This document shows, piece by piece, positions 1 through 9,900 of a stretch of DNA of 64,000 bases. The notes under the pieces were generated by a model. It was not told the DNA's origin, did not search any database, and saw only the letters and a list, made by a program, of their open reading frames with translations. The DNA comes from Elusimicrobia bacterium GWB2_63_16. GTDB lineage: Bacteria > Elusimicrobiota > Elusimicrobia > Elusimicrobiales > UBA9959. The position numbers and the translations under genes are program-made. Each line of letters opens with the position of its first letter. Positions within the stretch are counted from its first letter, which is position 1. Location of the stretch: NCBI GenBank assembly GCA_001799715.1, contig MGTZ01000020.1, forward strand, positions 11,115 to 75,114, given 5' to 3'.

Positions 1-249
1 GAGAAGCGCGCCTATTTCGAGACCGTCAAGAACCGCTTCAAGACGCTGCGCCTGTGGCGCAAAGAGACAGCCGCCCGCCGCAACATGCTGCCCGAGGCCA
101 TCTTGGGCAACGACGTGCTGGAGCGCCTGGCCATGGCGCAGCTGCACAAAATAGAGGACCTGCACGCCATCAAGGGCCTGGGCGCGGAAAAGGCTTCCCT
201 CTACGGCGCCGAAATAATGGAATTCCTGAAAAAACACCACGGCAAATAA
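1..249 (+). CDS. 3' end of an HRDC-domain protein (RNase D / RecQ / UvrD-type C-terminus), truncated by window start
   Basis: Frame-1 translation EKRAYFETVKNRFKTLRLWRKETAARRNMLPEAILGNDVLERLAMAQLHKIEDLHAIKGLGAEKASLYGAEIMEFL matches the HRDC pattern (L..WR...A....P...I.....L.......L..I.G.G..K...YG.EI); stop TAA 247-249. Confidence 0.8.
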   Translation, partial: EKRAYFETVKNRFKTLRLWRKETAARRNMLPEAILGNDVLERLAMAQLHKIEDLHAIKGLGAEKASLYGAEIMEFLKKHHGK

Positions 250-289
250 ACTAGGGACAGCGCCCTATTTATTTTCCGCTTTTTCCGGT

Positions 290-317
290 CGACCCCGACA
301 TGCAGTTGTCGGGGTCG
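290..317. repeat. Palindrome/hairpin upstream of the transposase
   Basis: CGACCCCGACA-tgcagt-TGTCGGGGTCG, perfect 11-bp stem. Confidence 0.7.
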
Positions 318-374
318 TCTGTTATATTCATAGTGAGGGGGACGTGCTTCAGGCGCGTTCTGTAAGGGGGGAAT

Positions 375-1091
375 ATGCCAAGGCTTGCAAGAGTTGTGGG
401 GGTGGGATTGCCGCATCATATTGTGCAGCGCGGAAATTGCCGGCAAAGGGTCTTTGAAAGCGAATACGACAGGGAATACTATCTGCGTCTGATCTCCGAA
501 TGCTCGAGCCGGGCGGGCCTTTCAATATTGGCCTACTGCCTTATGACGAATCATGTGCATTTTATAGCTATTCCGAAGAAGAAGGATTCCATGGCCCGCA
601 CATTCAATAGCGCTCATATGCGCTATTCTCAATACTTCAATTACAAACATAAACTGATAGGACACTTATGGCAGGGGCGGTATTTCTCCTGTGTTCTCGA
701 CGAAAAGCATCTCATAGCGGCTGCCAGGTACGTGGAGCGTAATCCGCTGCGTGCGGCGCTGGTCGGCTCGGCTGAAAATTGGAAATGGTCGAGCGCCGCG
801 GTTCATTGCGTGAGAGCAGGCGATCCGTTCGGCTTTTCTCTGGATAGCCTGCTGGAAATACTGGGGTTGAGCGGTAGAGGCTGGAGGGAACTGCTGGATG
901 AGGCGCAGGCTGAAACGGAAATTTCTGAAATACGCGCACATACCAGCGTAGGGCGCCCGCTGGGGAATAAGAGCTTCCTCGCGGGTATCGAAAAGAGATT
1001 AGGGAGGAGGGTTGGGGCTATGCCCCCGGGGCGCCCCAAAGGGACCAAACAGGGCGCTGTCCCTAGTTATAAAATAGGGCGCTGTCCCTAG
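375..1091 (+). CDS. REP-associated tyrosine transposase family protein (Y1_Tnp, HUH endonuclease)
   Basis: MPRLAR...PHHIVQRGN, AYCLMTNHVH (HUH), GHLWQGRY, RYVERNP (catalytic Tyr), WKWSS. Confidence 0.9.
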   Translation: MPRLARVVGVGLPHHIVQRGNCRQRVFESEYDREYYLRLISECSSRAGLSILAYCLMTNHVHFIAIPKKKDSMARTFNSAHMRYSQYFNYKHKLIGHLWQGRYFSCVLDEKHLIAAARYVERNPLRAALVGSAENWKWSSAAVHCVRAGDPFGFSLDSLLEILGLSGRGWRELLDEAQAETEISEIRAHTSVGRPLGNKSFLAGIEKRLGRRVGAMPPGRPKGTKQGAVPSYKIGRCP

Positions 1092-1112
1092 TTTTTACGG
1101 CAAGTAGGCCGG

Positions 1113-2882
1113 CTATTTAAGCAGCTTTTTCGCCAGGTCCGGGCGCTTGATCTCGCGCAGGGCCTGCAGGACGAGGGAGCGGTTTTCGGGTTTGTAATAC
1201 TGAAGGAGCGCGCGCTGCAGGCGCCGCTCCGTTTCTTTTTTGGGGACGTAGACGGGCTCGAGGGTGAAGGGGTCGAGGCCGGTGAAGTAGATGGAGGTCG
1301 CCAGTTCCATCGGCGCGGGCAGGAAGTCGTTGATCTGCTGCGGGCGGATGTTGCGCTCCTTCAGGAACACGGCCAGGTCGGCCATGTCGGCCAGCGTGGA
1401 GCCGGGGTGGGCCGAGATGAAATAGAGCACCAGGTACTGCTCCTTGCCGGCTTTCTTCGACTCGGCGAGGAACTTGTCGGCGAACTCCTTGAACACTTCC
1501 ACGGCGGGCTTCTTCATCACCGACAGCACCTTGGGAGAGATATGCTCGGGGGCGACCTTGAGCAGCCCGCCGGTGTGAAAACGCGCAATTTCCGAAATAT
1601 ACTCGCCGCATTTCAGCGCCAGGTCCATCCTGATGCCGCTGGCCACGAAAGCTTTCTTCAGACCCTTGATCGCCCGCACGCGGCGCATCAGCGCCAGCAG
1701 CGGCTTATGGTCGGTATTGAGGTTGGGGCAGATGACGGGGTGGACGCAGGAAAGCTTTTTGCAGGCCCTGCAGACCGCCATATCCTTGCCGCCCATGGCG
1801 TACATGTTGGCCGACGGGGCGCCCAGGTCCGAGATATTGCCGGGGTGGCGCGGCGTCTTCAACAGGGCCGCGGCTTCCTTCTCCACCGACTCCGCCGAGC
1901 GCGTCTGTATGAACCGGCCCTGGTGCAGCGTCAGCGAGCAGAAGGCGCAGCCGCCGAAGCAGCCGCGGTGTATGACTATCGAATCCTTTATGGTCTCCAG
2001 AGCGGGAATTGGTTCTTTATACGACGGGTGGGCGCGCTTGGCGAAGGGCAGGCCGTAGACGGCGTCCATCTCCGCCGTGGAGAGGGGGAGCGCGGGGGGA
2101 TTCTGTACCACCGCCTTACCCTCGCTCTTCTGGACCAGGACCGCGGCGTTGTAGGGATTGGAGTTCTCGTAAATAAGCCGCGTCGCGGCGGAGAATTTTA
2201 CGCGGTCGCCTGAAACTTCTCCGGCGGAGGGCAGCTCCACGGAGCCGGGCAGCGGCAGGGCGGCGGCTTCTTTGGCCCCGAGAGGGTAGGCGGTGCCGCG
2301 GACGTCGCGCAGCGCGCTTATCTTTTCGCCGGTCTTCAGCCTGGCGGCGATCTCGCGGATCTGGCGCTCGCCCATGCCGTACACCAGCAGGTCGGCCTTG
2401 GAGTCCAGCAGCACGCTGTGCCGCACCTTGTCGGACCAGTAGTCGTAATGCGCGAAGCGCCGCATGCTGGCCTCTATGCCGCCTATGACCACCGGCGCGT
2501 CGGGATAGGCCTCGCGGCAGCGCTGCGAGTAGATGATGGTGGCGCGGTCGGGGCGCAGGCCGGCGCGCCCGCCGGGGGAGAAATCGTCGGAGGAACGCAC
2601 GCGGCGGTTGTGCGTGTACTTGTTGATCATCGAGTCCATGTTCCCGGCGGAGACGCCGTAGAACAGGCGGGGTTTCCCGAATTGTCTGAAATCGGCCGGC
2701 GAATCCCAGCGCGGCTGGGCCAGGATGGCCACGCGCAGGCCCTCGGCTTCCAGCACGCGCCCTACCAGGGCCATGGCGAAAGAGGGATGGTCGACATAGG
2801 CGTCGCCCGTGACCAGGACCACGTCCACGGCGTCCCAGCCCAGGGCTTTGACCTCTTGCGGCGTCGCGGGAAGGAAACTCAT
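1113..2882 (-). CDS. ygiQ: YgiQ/UPF0313 family radical SAM protein
   Basis: [38 protein letters not shown] (CxxxCxxC), [17 protein letters not shown]. Confidence 0.92.
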   Translation of the reverse strand: MSFLPATPQEVKALGWDAVDVVLVTGDAYVDHPSFAMALVGRVLEAEGLRVAILAQPRWDSPADFRQFGKPRLFYGVSAGNMDSMINKYTHNRRVRSSDDFSPGGRAGLRPDRATIIYSQRCREAYPDAPVVIGGIEASMRRFAHYDYWSDKVRHSVLLDSKADLLVYGMGERQIREIAARLKTGEKISALRDVRGTAYPLGAKEAAALPLPGSVELPSAGEVSGDRVKFSAATRLIYENSNPYNAAVLVQKSEGKAVVQNPPALPLSTAEMDAVYGLPFAKRAHPSYKEPIPALETIKDSIVIHRGCFGGCAFCSLTLHQGRFIQTRSAESVEKEAAALLKTPRHPGNISDLGAPSANMYAMGGKDMAVCRACKKLSCVHPVICPNLNTDHKPLLALMRRVRAIKGLKKAFVASGIRMDLALKCGEYISEIARFHTGGLLKVAPEHISPKVLSVMKKPAVEVFKEFADKFLAESKKAGKEQYLVLYFISAHPGSTLADMADLAVFLKERNIRPQQINDFLPAPMELATSIYFTGLDPFTLEPVYVPKKETERRLQRALLQYYKPENRSLVLQALREIKRPDLAKKLLK

Positions 2883-2897
2883 ACTGTAATCATATCA
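2883..2897 (-). promoter_or_regulatory. Extended -10 promoter, probable leaderless mRNA
   Basis: Minus strand TGA-TATGAT-tacagt-ATG; no Shine-Dalgarno. Confidence 0.55.
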
Positions 2898-3000
2898 AAA
2901 AGACCTCTGCCGGGACTCCCCGGCCCGGCGCTGCCGGGGTTCCATTTATATTTAAATTATGGGATAATAGTAATGCAGAACTTGGTTTTTAGGAGGGAAA

Positions 3001-3738
3001 ATGAAAAAACTTATTATTTCGCTGTGCCTGCTGCCCGTATTGACCGCCGGCGCCAGTGCCGACTCGTTTGAGGACTTCAAGACCCAGATAGCGCTGCAGG
3101 GCGAAGCCCTGCTCAAGCCTTTCGCCATGGACCTGGGCGGCGTCATCGGCGCCAACGACTTCAATTCCGGGCGCACGCTCGGCTTTCCCGGCTTCGAGGT
3201 CGGCCTGGCCGCCACCGTGCAGGCCAAGCCCAGCGACGAGAACCGCGTGCTGCGCGACGCCGACGTGAACGCCTTCGGCGTGCCGATGGTGCACGCGGGC
3301 GTGGCCCTGCCGGCGGTGGGCGCCGACGTGATGGCGCGCGCGGTCAGCCTCTCCGGCTTCTCCATAGTCGGCGGCGGCCTGCGCAAGAGCATCATCAAGA
3401 GCGGCACGCTGACAAAGTTCATCCCGGACGTCTCGGTGTCCGCCTGGTACGACGTGATCAACTACGACTACTTCAAGGGCAGCCACCTGTCCTTCGACGC
3501 CACCGCCTCCTTCGACATCCCGGTGATAAAGCCGTATGTCGGCGTGGGCGTGGACCGCACGACGCTCGAGATCAAGAACGTGAACGCCGCGCTCAACGGC
3601 GTGGACGCCACCATCTCCAAACCCCGCTACACCGTAGGCGTGCGCCTGTCGCCGCTGCCGCTGCTGTACGTCTACGGCGCTTACAACATCCTGCACGGCC
3701 AGGCCGGGTATTCCCTGGGCGCCGGCGCGAAGTTCTAA
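3001..3738 (+). CDS. Secreted outer-membrane beta-barrel-like protein (DUF6588-like)
   Basis: RBS AGGAGG, signal peptide, alternating amphipathic strands, C-terminal Phe (YSLGAGAKF). Confidence 0.55.
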   Translation: MKKLIISLCLLPVLTAGASADSFEDFKTQIALQGEALLKPFAMDLGGVIGANDFNSGRTLGFPGFEVGLAATVQAKPSDENRVLRDADVNAFGVPMVHAGVALPAVGADVMARAVSLSGFSIVGGGLRKSIIKSGTLTKFIPDVSVSAWYDVINYDYFKGSHLSFDATASFDIPVIKPYVGVGVDRTTLEIKNVNAALNGVDATISKPRYTVGVRLSPLPLLYVYGAYNILHGQAGYSLGAGAKF

Positions 3739-3831
3739 AAAGTTGGGAGGCTGGCAGCCTTTACCTGGGGGGAGCCCGCTGCGGGCTCCCCGCTTAAACG
3801 CAGGGCCGCTCCCTTGAAAAAGGAGACCAAC

Positions 3832-5043
<1,212 letters not shown>

Positions 5044-5054
5044 GAGGTTTCGAC

Positions 5055-5092
5055 GCCCCGCCGGCCGCACCGCGCGCCGGCGGGGCTTTTTT
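5055..5092 (+). terminator. Rho-independent terminator after rocD
   Basis: GCCCCGCCGGC...GCCGGCGGGGC followed by T6. Confidence 0.75.
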
Positions 5093-5095
5093 AAC

Positions 5096-6025
5096 ATGCC
5101 AGACAAAGTTCCCGGCCACGGCCGGCTCTACCTGCAGGCAGCCCTGGCCACCGCCGTGTGGGGCGCCTCATATCCCTTTACCAAGCAGCTGATGAGCGAG
5201 GTCTCGCCGCTTACCATAGTAGTCTCGCGCGCCGCGATAGGCGCGCTGCTGCTCGTGCTCCTGGGCGGCGCCAGGCTTTCGCCGCGCGATTTCCGCGGCG
5301 CTCCCCTGCTCAAGCTCTTCATCCTTTCCGTGCTGGGCGTCTCGGCCCAGCAGTATATACAGGCCTACGCCCTCAAATACACGCTGGCGTCCAACGCCGG
5401 CTGGCTGATCTGCACCATTCCCATCATGGTGGCCGGGCTGGCCGCGGCGCTGGGCGAGCGCCTGGGGCCCTTCAAACTGGCGGCTTTCGCGCTGGGCACG
5501 GCCGGCACGCTGCTCGTGGTCTTCGGCCGCGCCGGGGCGGGGGCTTTCGCCCTGCCGTCCACCACCGGCGACGTCATTTTCCTGACCAGCTGCGTGGAAT
5601 GGACCATCTACGTTTACTGCGCCCAGCGCTGGCTCACCGATTGGCCGCAGGCCAAGGTCACGGCAGCCACGATGCTCGTGGCGCTGGCCAGCGTGCTGCC
5701 CGTCTGGCTGCTCTCCGGCGGCCCGGCGGATTACGCCGCCGTCAGTCCGCGCGGCTGGGCCGGTATCGCCTACCTGGGCGTGCTCTCCTCCGCCATGGGC
5801 TACCTGTTCTGGAACCGGGCCGTGGAAGGCCTGGGCGGCGTCAAAGCCTCCTATTTCATTTACCTGCAGCCTTTTTCGTCCATGCTGGCGGCTTACCTGC
5901 TGCTGGGCGAGCGCGCCGCGCCGGCGGCCTTCGCCGGAGGGCTGCTGATACTCGCCGGCGTATATCTGGTGGGATTAAAGGAGAAAACCCGCGCCGCCGC
6001 CGGCGGGGTCTCTGCCAATGCCTGA
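5096..6025 (+). CDS. EamA/DMT family transporter
   Basis: About 10 TM helices in two EamA repeats (VWGASYP, LGERL, YLGVLSSAMGYLFWN, LLGER). Confidence 0.88.
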   Translation: MPDKVPGHGRLYLQAALATAVWGASYPFTKQLMSEVSPLTIVVSRAAIGALLLVLLGGARLSPRDFRGAPLLKLFILSVLGVSAQQYIQAYALKYTLASNAGWLICTIPIMVAGLAAALGERLGPFKLAAFALGTAGTLLVVFGRAGAGAFALPSTTGDVIFLTSCVEWTIYVYCAQRWLTDWPQAKVTAATMLVALASVLPVWLLSGGPADYAAVSPRGWAGIAYLGVLSSAMGYLFWNRAVEGLGGVKASYFIYLQPFSSMLAAYLLLGERAAPAAFAGGLLILAGVYLVGLKEKTRAAAGGVSANA

Positions 6026-6914
6026 TTATTCAGCCCTTAAGCACAAGTTCGGCCCGCATTGCCTCTTCGGCGAGCCAGCCGCAAATTTTACCACCTACCG
6101 CGCCGGCGGGGCGGCCGAAGTGCTGCTCAAGCCCGGCACCCCGGAGGAACTGGCCTGGGCCTGCGCCTGGTGCCGCGCCAACGCGGCGCCGTGGCGCGTG
6201 TTGGGCCGCGGCTCCAATGTGCTGGTCAGCGACCGGGGGCTGCCCGGCGTAACTATTCTCACCGGCCGGCTGGCCGCCGTGGAAGTAAAAGGCTCCGCGC
6301 TGGAGGCGCAGGCCGGGGCGTCCTGGGACGAGGTGGCCCGCCTCTCCGCCGGGGCCGGCCTGGCCGGGCTGGAGAAGACCTCCGGCATCCCCGGCTCCGT
6401 GGGCGGCGCCGTGCGCATGAACGCCGGGGCTTTCGGCCAGGAGACCTTCGACCGGCTCGCCTCGGTGCTGGCCCTCGACGGCGAGGGGCGGGAGATAACG
6501 CTTTTAAAAAAGGACATCGGCCACGGGTACCGCCGGGCCGCGGGGCTGGACGGGCTGACCGTGCTCCTGGCGCGCTTCGAGTTCCAGCCGGGCGACCCGG
6601 CCGTGCTGCTGCAGGACCGTTCCTGCGTACTGGCCTCGCGCGAGGCCAAACAGCCGCTGGACTACCCGTCGGCGGGCAGCGTCTTCAAGCGGCCGCAGGG
6701 CGACTACGCCTCGCGGCTGATAGACGCGGCCGGCCTGAAGGGCCTCAGGGTGGGCGGGGCCGAGGTCTCTCCCAAGCATGCCGGCTTCATCGTGAACGCC
6801 GGCGGCGCCACGGCCGCCGACATCTACGCGCTGATCTGCCGCGTGCGCGGAGTCGTGAAGGAAAAGACCGGCGTGGAACTGCAGTTGGAACAGATACTGC
6901 TCGGCGATTTTTAA
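6018..6914 (+). CDS. murB: UDP-N-acetylmuramate dehydrogenase
   Basis: TTYRAGG, LGRGSNVLVSD, GIPGSVGGAVRMNAGAFG, KQPLDYPSAGSVFKRP, KHAGFIVN. Confidence 0.95.
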   Translation: MPDYSALKHKFGPHCLFGEPAANFTTYRAGGAAEVLLKPGTPEELAWACAWCRANAAPWRVLGRGSNVLVSDRGLPGVTILTGRLAAVEVKGSALEAQAGASWDEVARLSAGAGLAGLEKTSGIPGSVGGAVRMNAGAFGQETFDRLASVLALDGEGREITLLKKDIGHGYRRAAGLDGLTVLLARFEFQPGDPAVLLQDRSCVLASREAKQPLDYPSAGSVFKRPQGDYASRLIDAAGLKGLRVGGAEVSPKHAGFIVNAGGATAADIYALICRVRGVVKEKTGVELQLEQILLGDF

Positions 6915-6942
6915 ACCCGGCCGTCCGGCCGGAGGGGGAACT

Positions 6943-9900
6943 ATGAAGACTCTTATCGCGCTGCTGCTGCTGCCCTGCCTGGCCTACGGAGGGCCCACCG
7001 ACGCCGCCGACCAGGCTTTCGCCAAGGGCGAATACCAGGCCGCGCTGGACGGCTACGCCGCCGCCAAAACGCCGGGAGAGCCCGGCCTTAAGGCCCTGTA
7101 CCGCGCCGCCGAGAGCGAGGCCCTGCTGTCCCGGTACGGCGAGGCCGCCCAGCGCCTGTTCGGGATGAAGCTGCCGCCGGACCCGCTGTGGCAGGCCCGG
7201 TTCCTGCTGCTGCGCGCCGAGACCGGCCGCCAGTACCAGCAGCGGTACGGCTACTCGACGTCCGCCGACGAACAGAAAGGCGAGAAGGATGTGACCAAGC
7301 TGACTACCCAGCAGTGGCGCAGGCTGATAGCGGCGGATTACGACTCGCTCTGGCCGCTGAGGGGGGCCCTGGCGAAGACGGTTCTGGAGGGTGAGGCTTA
7401 CTTCGTAGACTTAAAGGACGCGGAACTGCTCTATACGCCTACGCTCTGGGATTTCGCGGTGCTGCGCTGGACCAGCTGGCTGCTGGGCGAATCGGAGAAC
7501 TCAGACGGGCCGCCCGCCGCCGAACCTTTCGTCGAGCTGTCCTACAAAGCGGACTACGCCGCCGGAGCACCGGCCGCCTCCAAGGCCGCCGCGCTCTACG
7601 AGGCCGCCGCGGCCGGCCCCGAAGGTTTCGTTCGCGAATACTGGCGCCTGCAGCGGCTGATGATCCCTTTCGAGCAGGCAGGCCGCGTGGCGGCTTACGA
7701 CCGCGCCGCGCTGCGCCAGCGGGCGCTGAAGACGCTCAAGTACTGGGCCGCCTCTTTTAAGACGGGCCTGGGCCGGAGCTGGGCCTTCTACCGAGCCGCC
7801 GCTTTCGAGAATGAGGCGGGAGAGTTCTCCTCCGCCGTGGAATTTTGCCGCAAAGCCGAGGCCGAAGCGCCGCGCTCCATGCCCGCCTCCCACTGCGCCC
7901 GCCTGCGGGCCGGCATAGAGCTGCCGCGGCTGGAACTGTCCGCCGTCTTCGCGCCGCCCCCGGGCAAGGATATACTCACGGTCTCCGCCCGCAACCTGCC
8001 TGAGCTGTACTTCAGGGCTTACAAGACCACTCCGGAAGAGCTGGAGGCCTCCCTCGGTCACGCGCAGCAGGGCTGGGACCACGTTAAATACCTGCGCCAG
8101 GAGACGGTAAAGGAATACCTGCGCCGCCGGGCTTCAGTGGAATGGAGTCAGGCGATAAAATACGAGGCCCCTTACCGCGAGGCTTCGGCCGCGGTCGCGA
8201 ATCCCCCGCTGAAGAAAGGGCTGTACGTGGTGGTGGCTTCCGGCGACGCCGGTTTCGAGGAGGGCGCCTCCCTGATGCGGGCCGTCACCGTGAATATTAC
8301 TGATATTTTCCTGCTCGGCACCTCGGGCCTGGGGGCCGATCCCGAGGCCTTCCTCTACGACCCGGCCGCTCCCTCGCGGCCGGCCTCCGCCGAGGTGTTC
8401 AGGCTCTACGCCGTTAACGCGCTGACCGGCGCGCCGCTGGCCGGGGCGAGGACCGAGACCTTCGTGCACAAGTCCCGCGCCGGGGACTGGCAGCGGGTCC
8501 CGCTGACCGCCGGCCCCGACGGGGCGGCCATCCTGCGCCACGAATTTGAGGTGACCTACCCGGCCAACGAATATTTCTCCCTGGACCCGCTGCTGCGGCA
8601 CGGGGGGGCTTACGCCTACTGGAACTCGCAGGCTTCGGCCGGGCTGCACGTGCCGGCCCCGGTCTCCGTCTTCGTGGAGACCGACAGGCCGGTATACCGG
8701 CCCGGGCAGGAGGTCAAGTTCAAGGTGACGGCGCTGCTGCGCCAGCCCGGCGGGTACAGGGTTTACGACGGGAAGGCCGCCGTGACCCTGACGGCCCGCG
8801 ACGCCAACTGGCAGCCGGCTTATACCGCCACCCTGCCGTTCACCGGCCTCGGCAGCGCGGCCGGCTCGTTCAAGCTGCCGGAAGGGCGCATGCTGGGCCA
8901 GTATTCGCTGTCGGCCGGCGTGCGGGAGTACGGTTATAATTTCAGCGGCACCGCGCAGTTCGGGGTCGAGGAATACAAGCGGCCCGAGTTCGAGGTAAAG
9001 CTGGAGGCCGCGGACAAGCCGCTGCGCTACGGCCAGGCTGCCAAGGTGTCCGGCGAGGCGAAGTACTACTTCGGCTCCCCGGTGCCGGGCGCCAGGGTTA
9101 AGTACAGGGTGACCCGCTCGCGCTACCTGCCGCGCTACTGCTGGTACTGGGGCTGGTTCTACGGCGGCGGCGCCACCGCCGAGGCGGCGGCCGGCGAGAC
9201 CGTGACCGGCGACGACGGCAAATTCAGCTTAACTTTTACTCCGGAGCCGGAGAGCGCGGAGTACGCGGGCTACCCGGCTTCCTACCAGGTGGAGGCCGAG
9301 GCGCTGGACGCCGGCGGCCGCACGATAACCGATTCGCGGGCCTACAGGGCCGGTTCCCGGGCCTGGCTTTTCGACGTCAAGCCCCAGGCGGGCTTCTTTG
9401 CGCCGGAGGGCACGGCGGCGCTGGACGCGCGGCTGATGGACCTCAACGACTCGCCGCAGGCCGGCGAGGCGCAGTACGCGCTTTACCGGCTCGACGGCGA
9501 GCCGGCGGCCGCCGCCGGCGGCAGCGGCTGGGGCTATTTCGGCCGCAACCCGTCGCTGGAACAGGCTTTCGACAAGGTCCCCGACGGCGCGCCGGCCGGC
9601 AAGGGCAAAGTGTTCTTCGCCAAGGACCGGCCCTCGGTGATCTCTTTCAAGAACCTCGCGCCCGGCGCCTACAGGCTGCGCCTGAAGGCGAGGGACCCAT
9701 GGGGGGGAGAGAGCGAGTCGCAGGTGGTCATAGTGTCAGCTTCGGCCGACGCGCGGCGCAACGCCGCGCTGCGCCTGCCGGCGGTGGCGCTGTTCGAGCG
9801 CGATTCCTACCAGTCCGGCGAGACAGCCAGGGTCCTGATAGGCGCCTCGGCCCTGAAGGGCGCCAAGTTCACCGAAGTGCTCGCCGGCAATTTCGTGCTG

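Larger units (their letters stand above)
248..1094 (+). mobile_element. Y1-HUH (RAYT/TnpA-REP-like) element bounded by 23-bp terminal inverted repeats
   Basis: AAACTAGGGACAGCGCCCTATTT at 248-270 is the exact reverse complement of 1072-1094; a near-identical extra copy lies at 1047-1068; interior visibly more AT-rich than the flanks. Confidence 0.75.

Noticed and set aside
1047-1094. CRISPR mini-array
   Set aside because: Only two copies separated by 3 nt, no spacers or cas genes; they are the transposase IRs.
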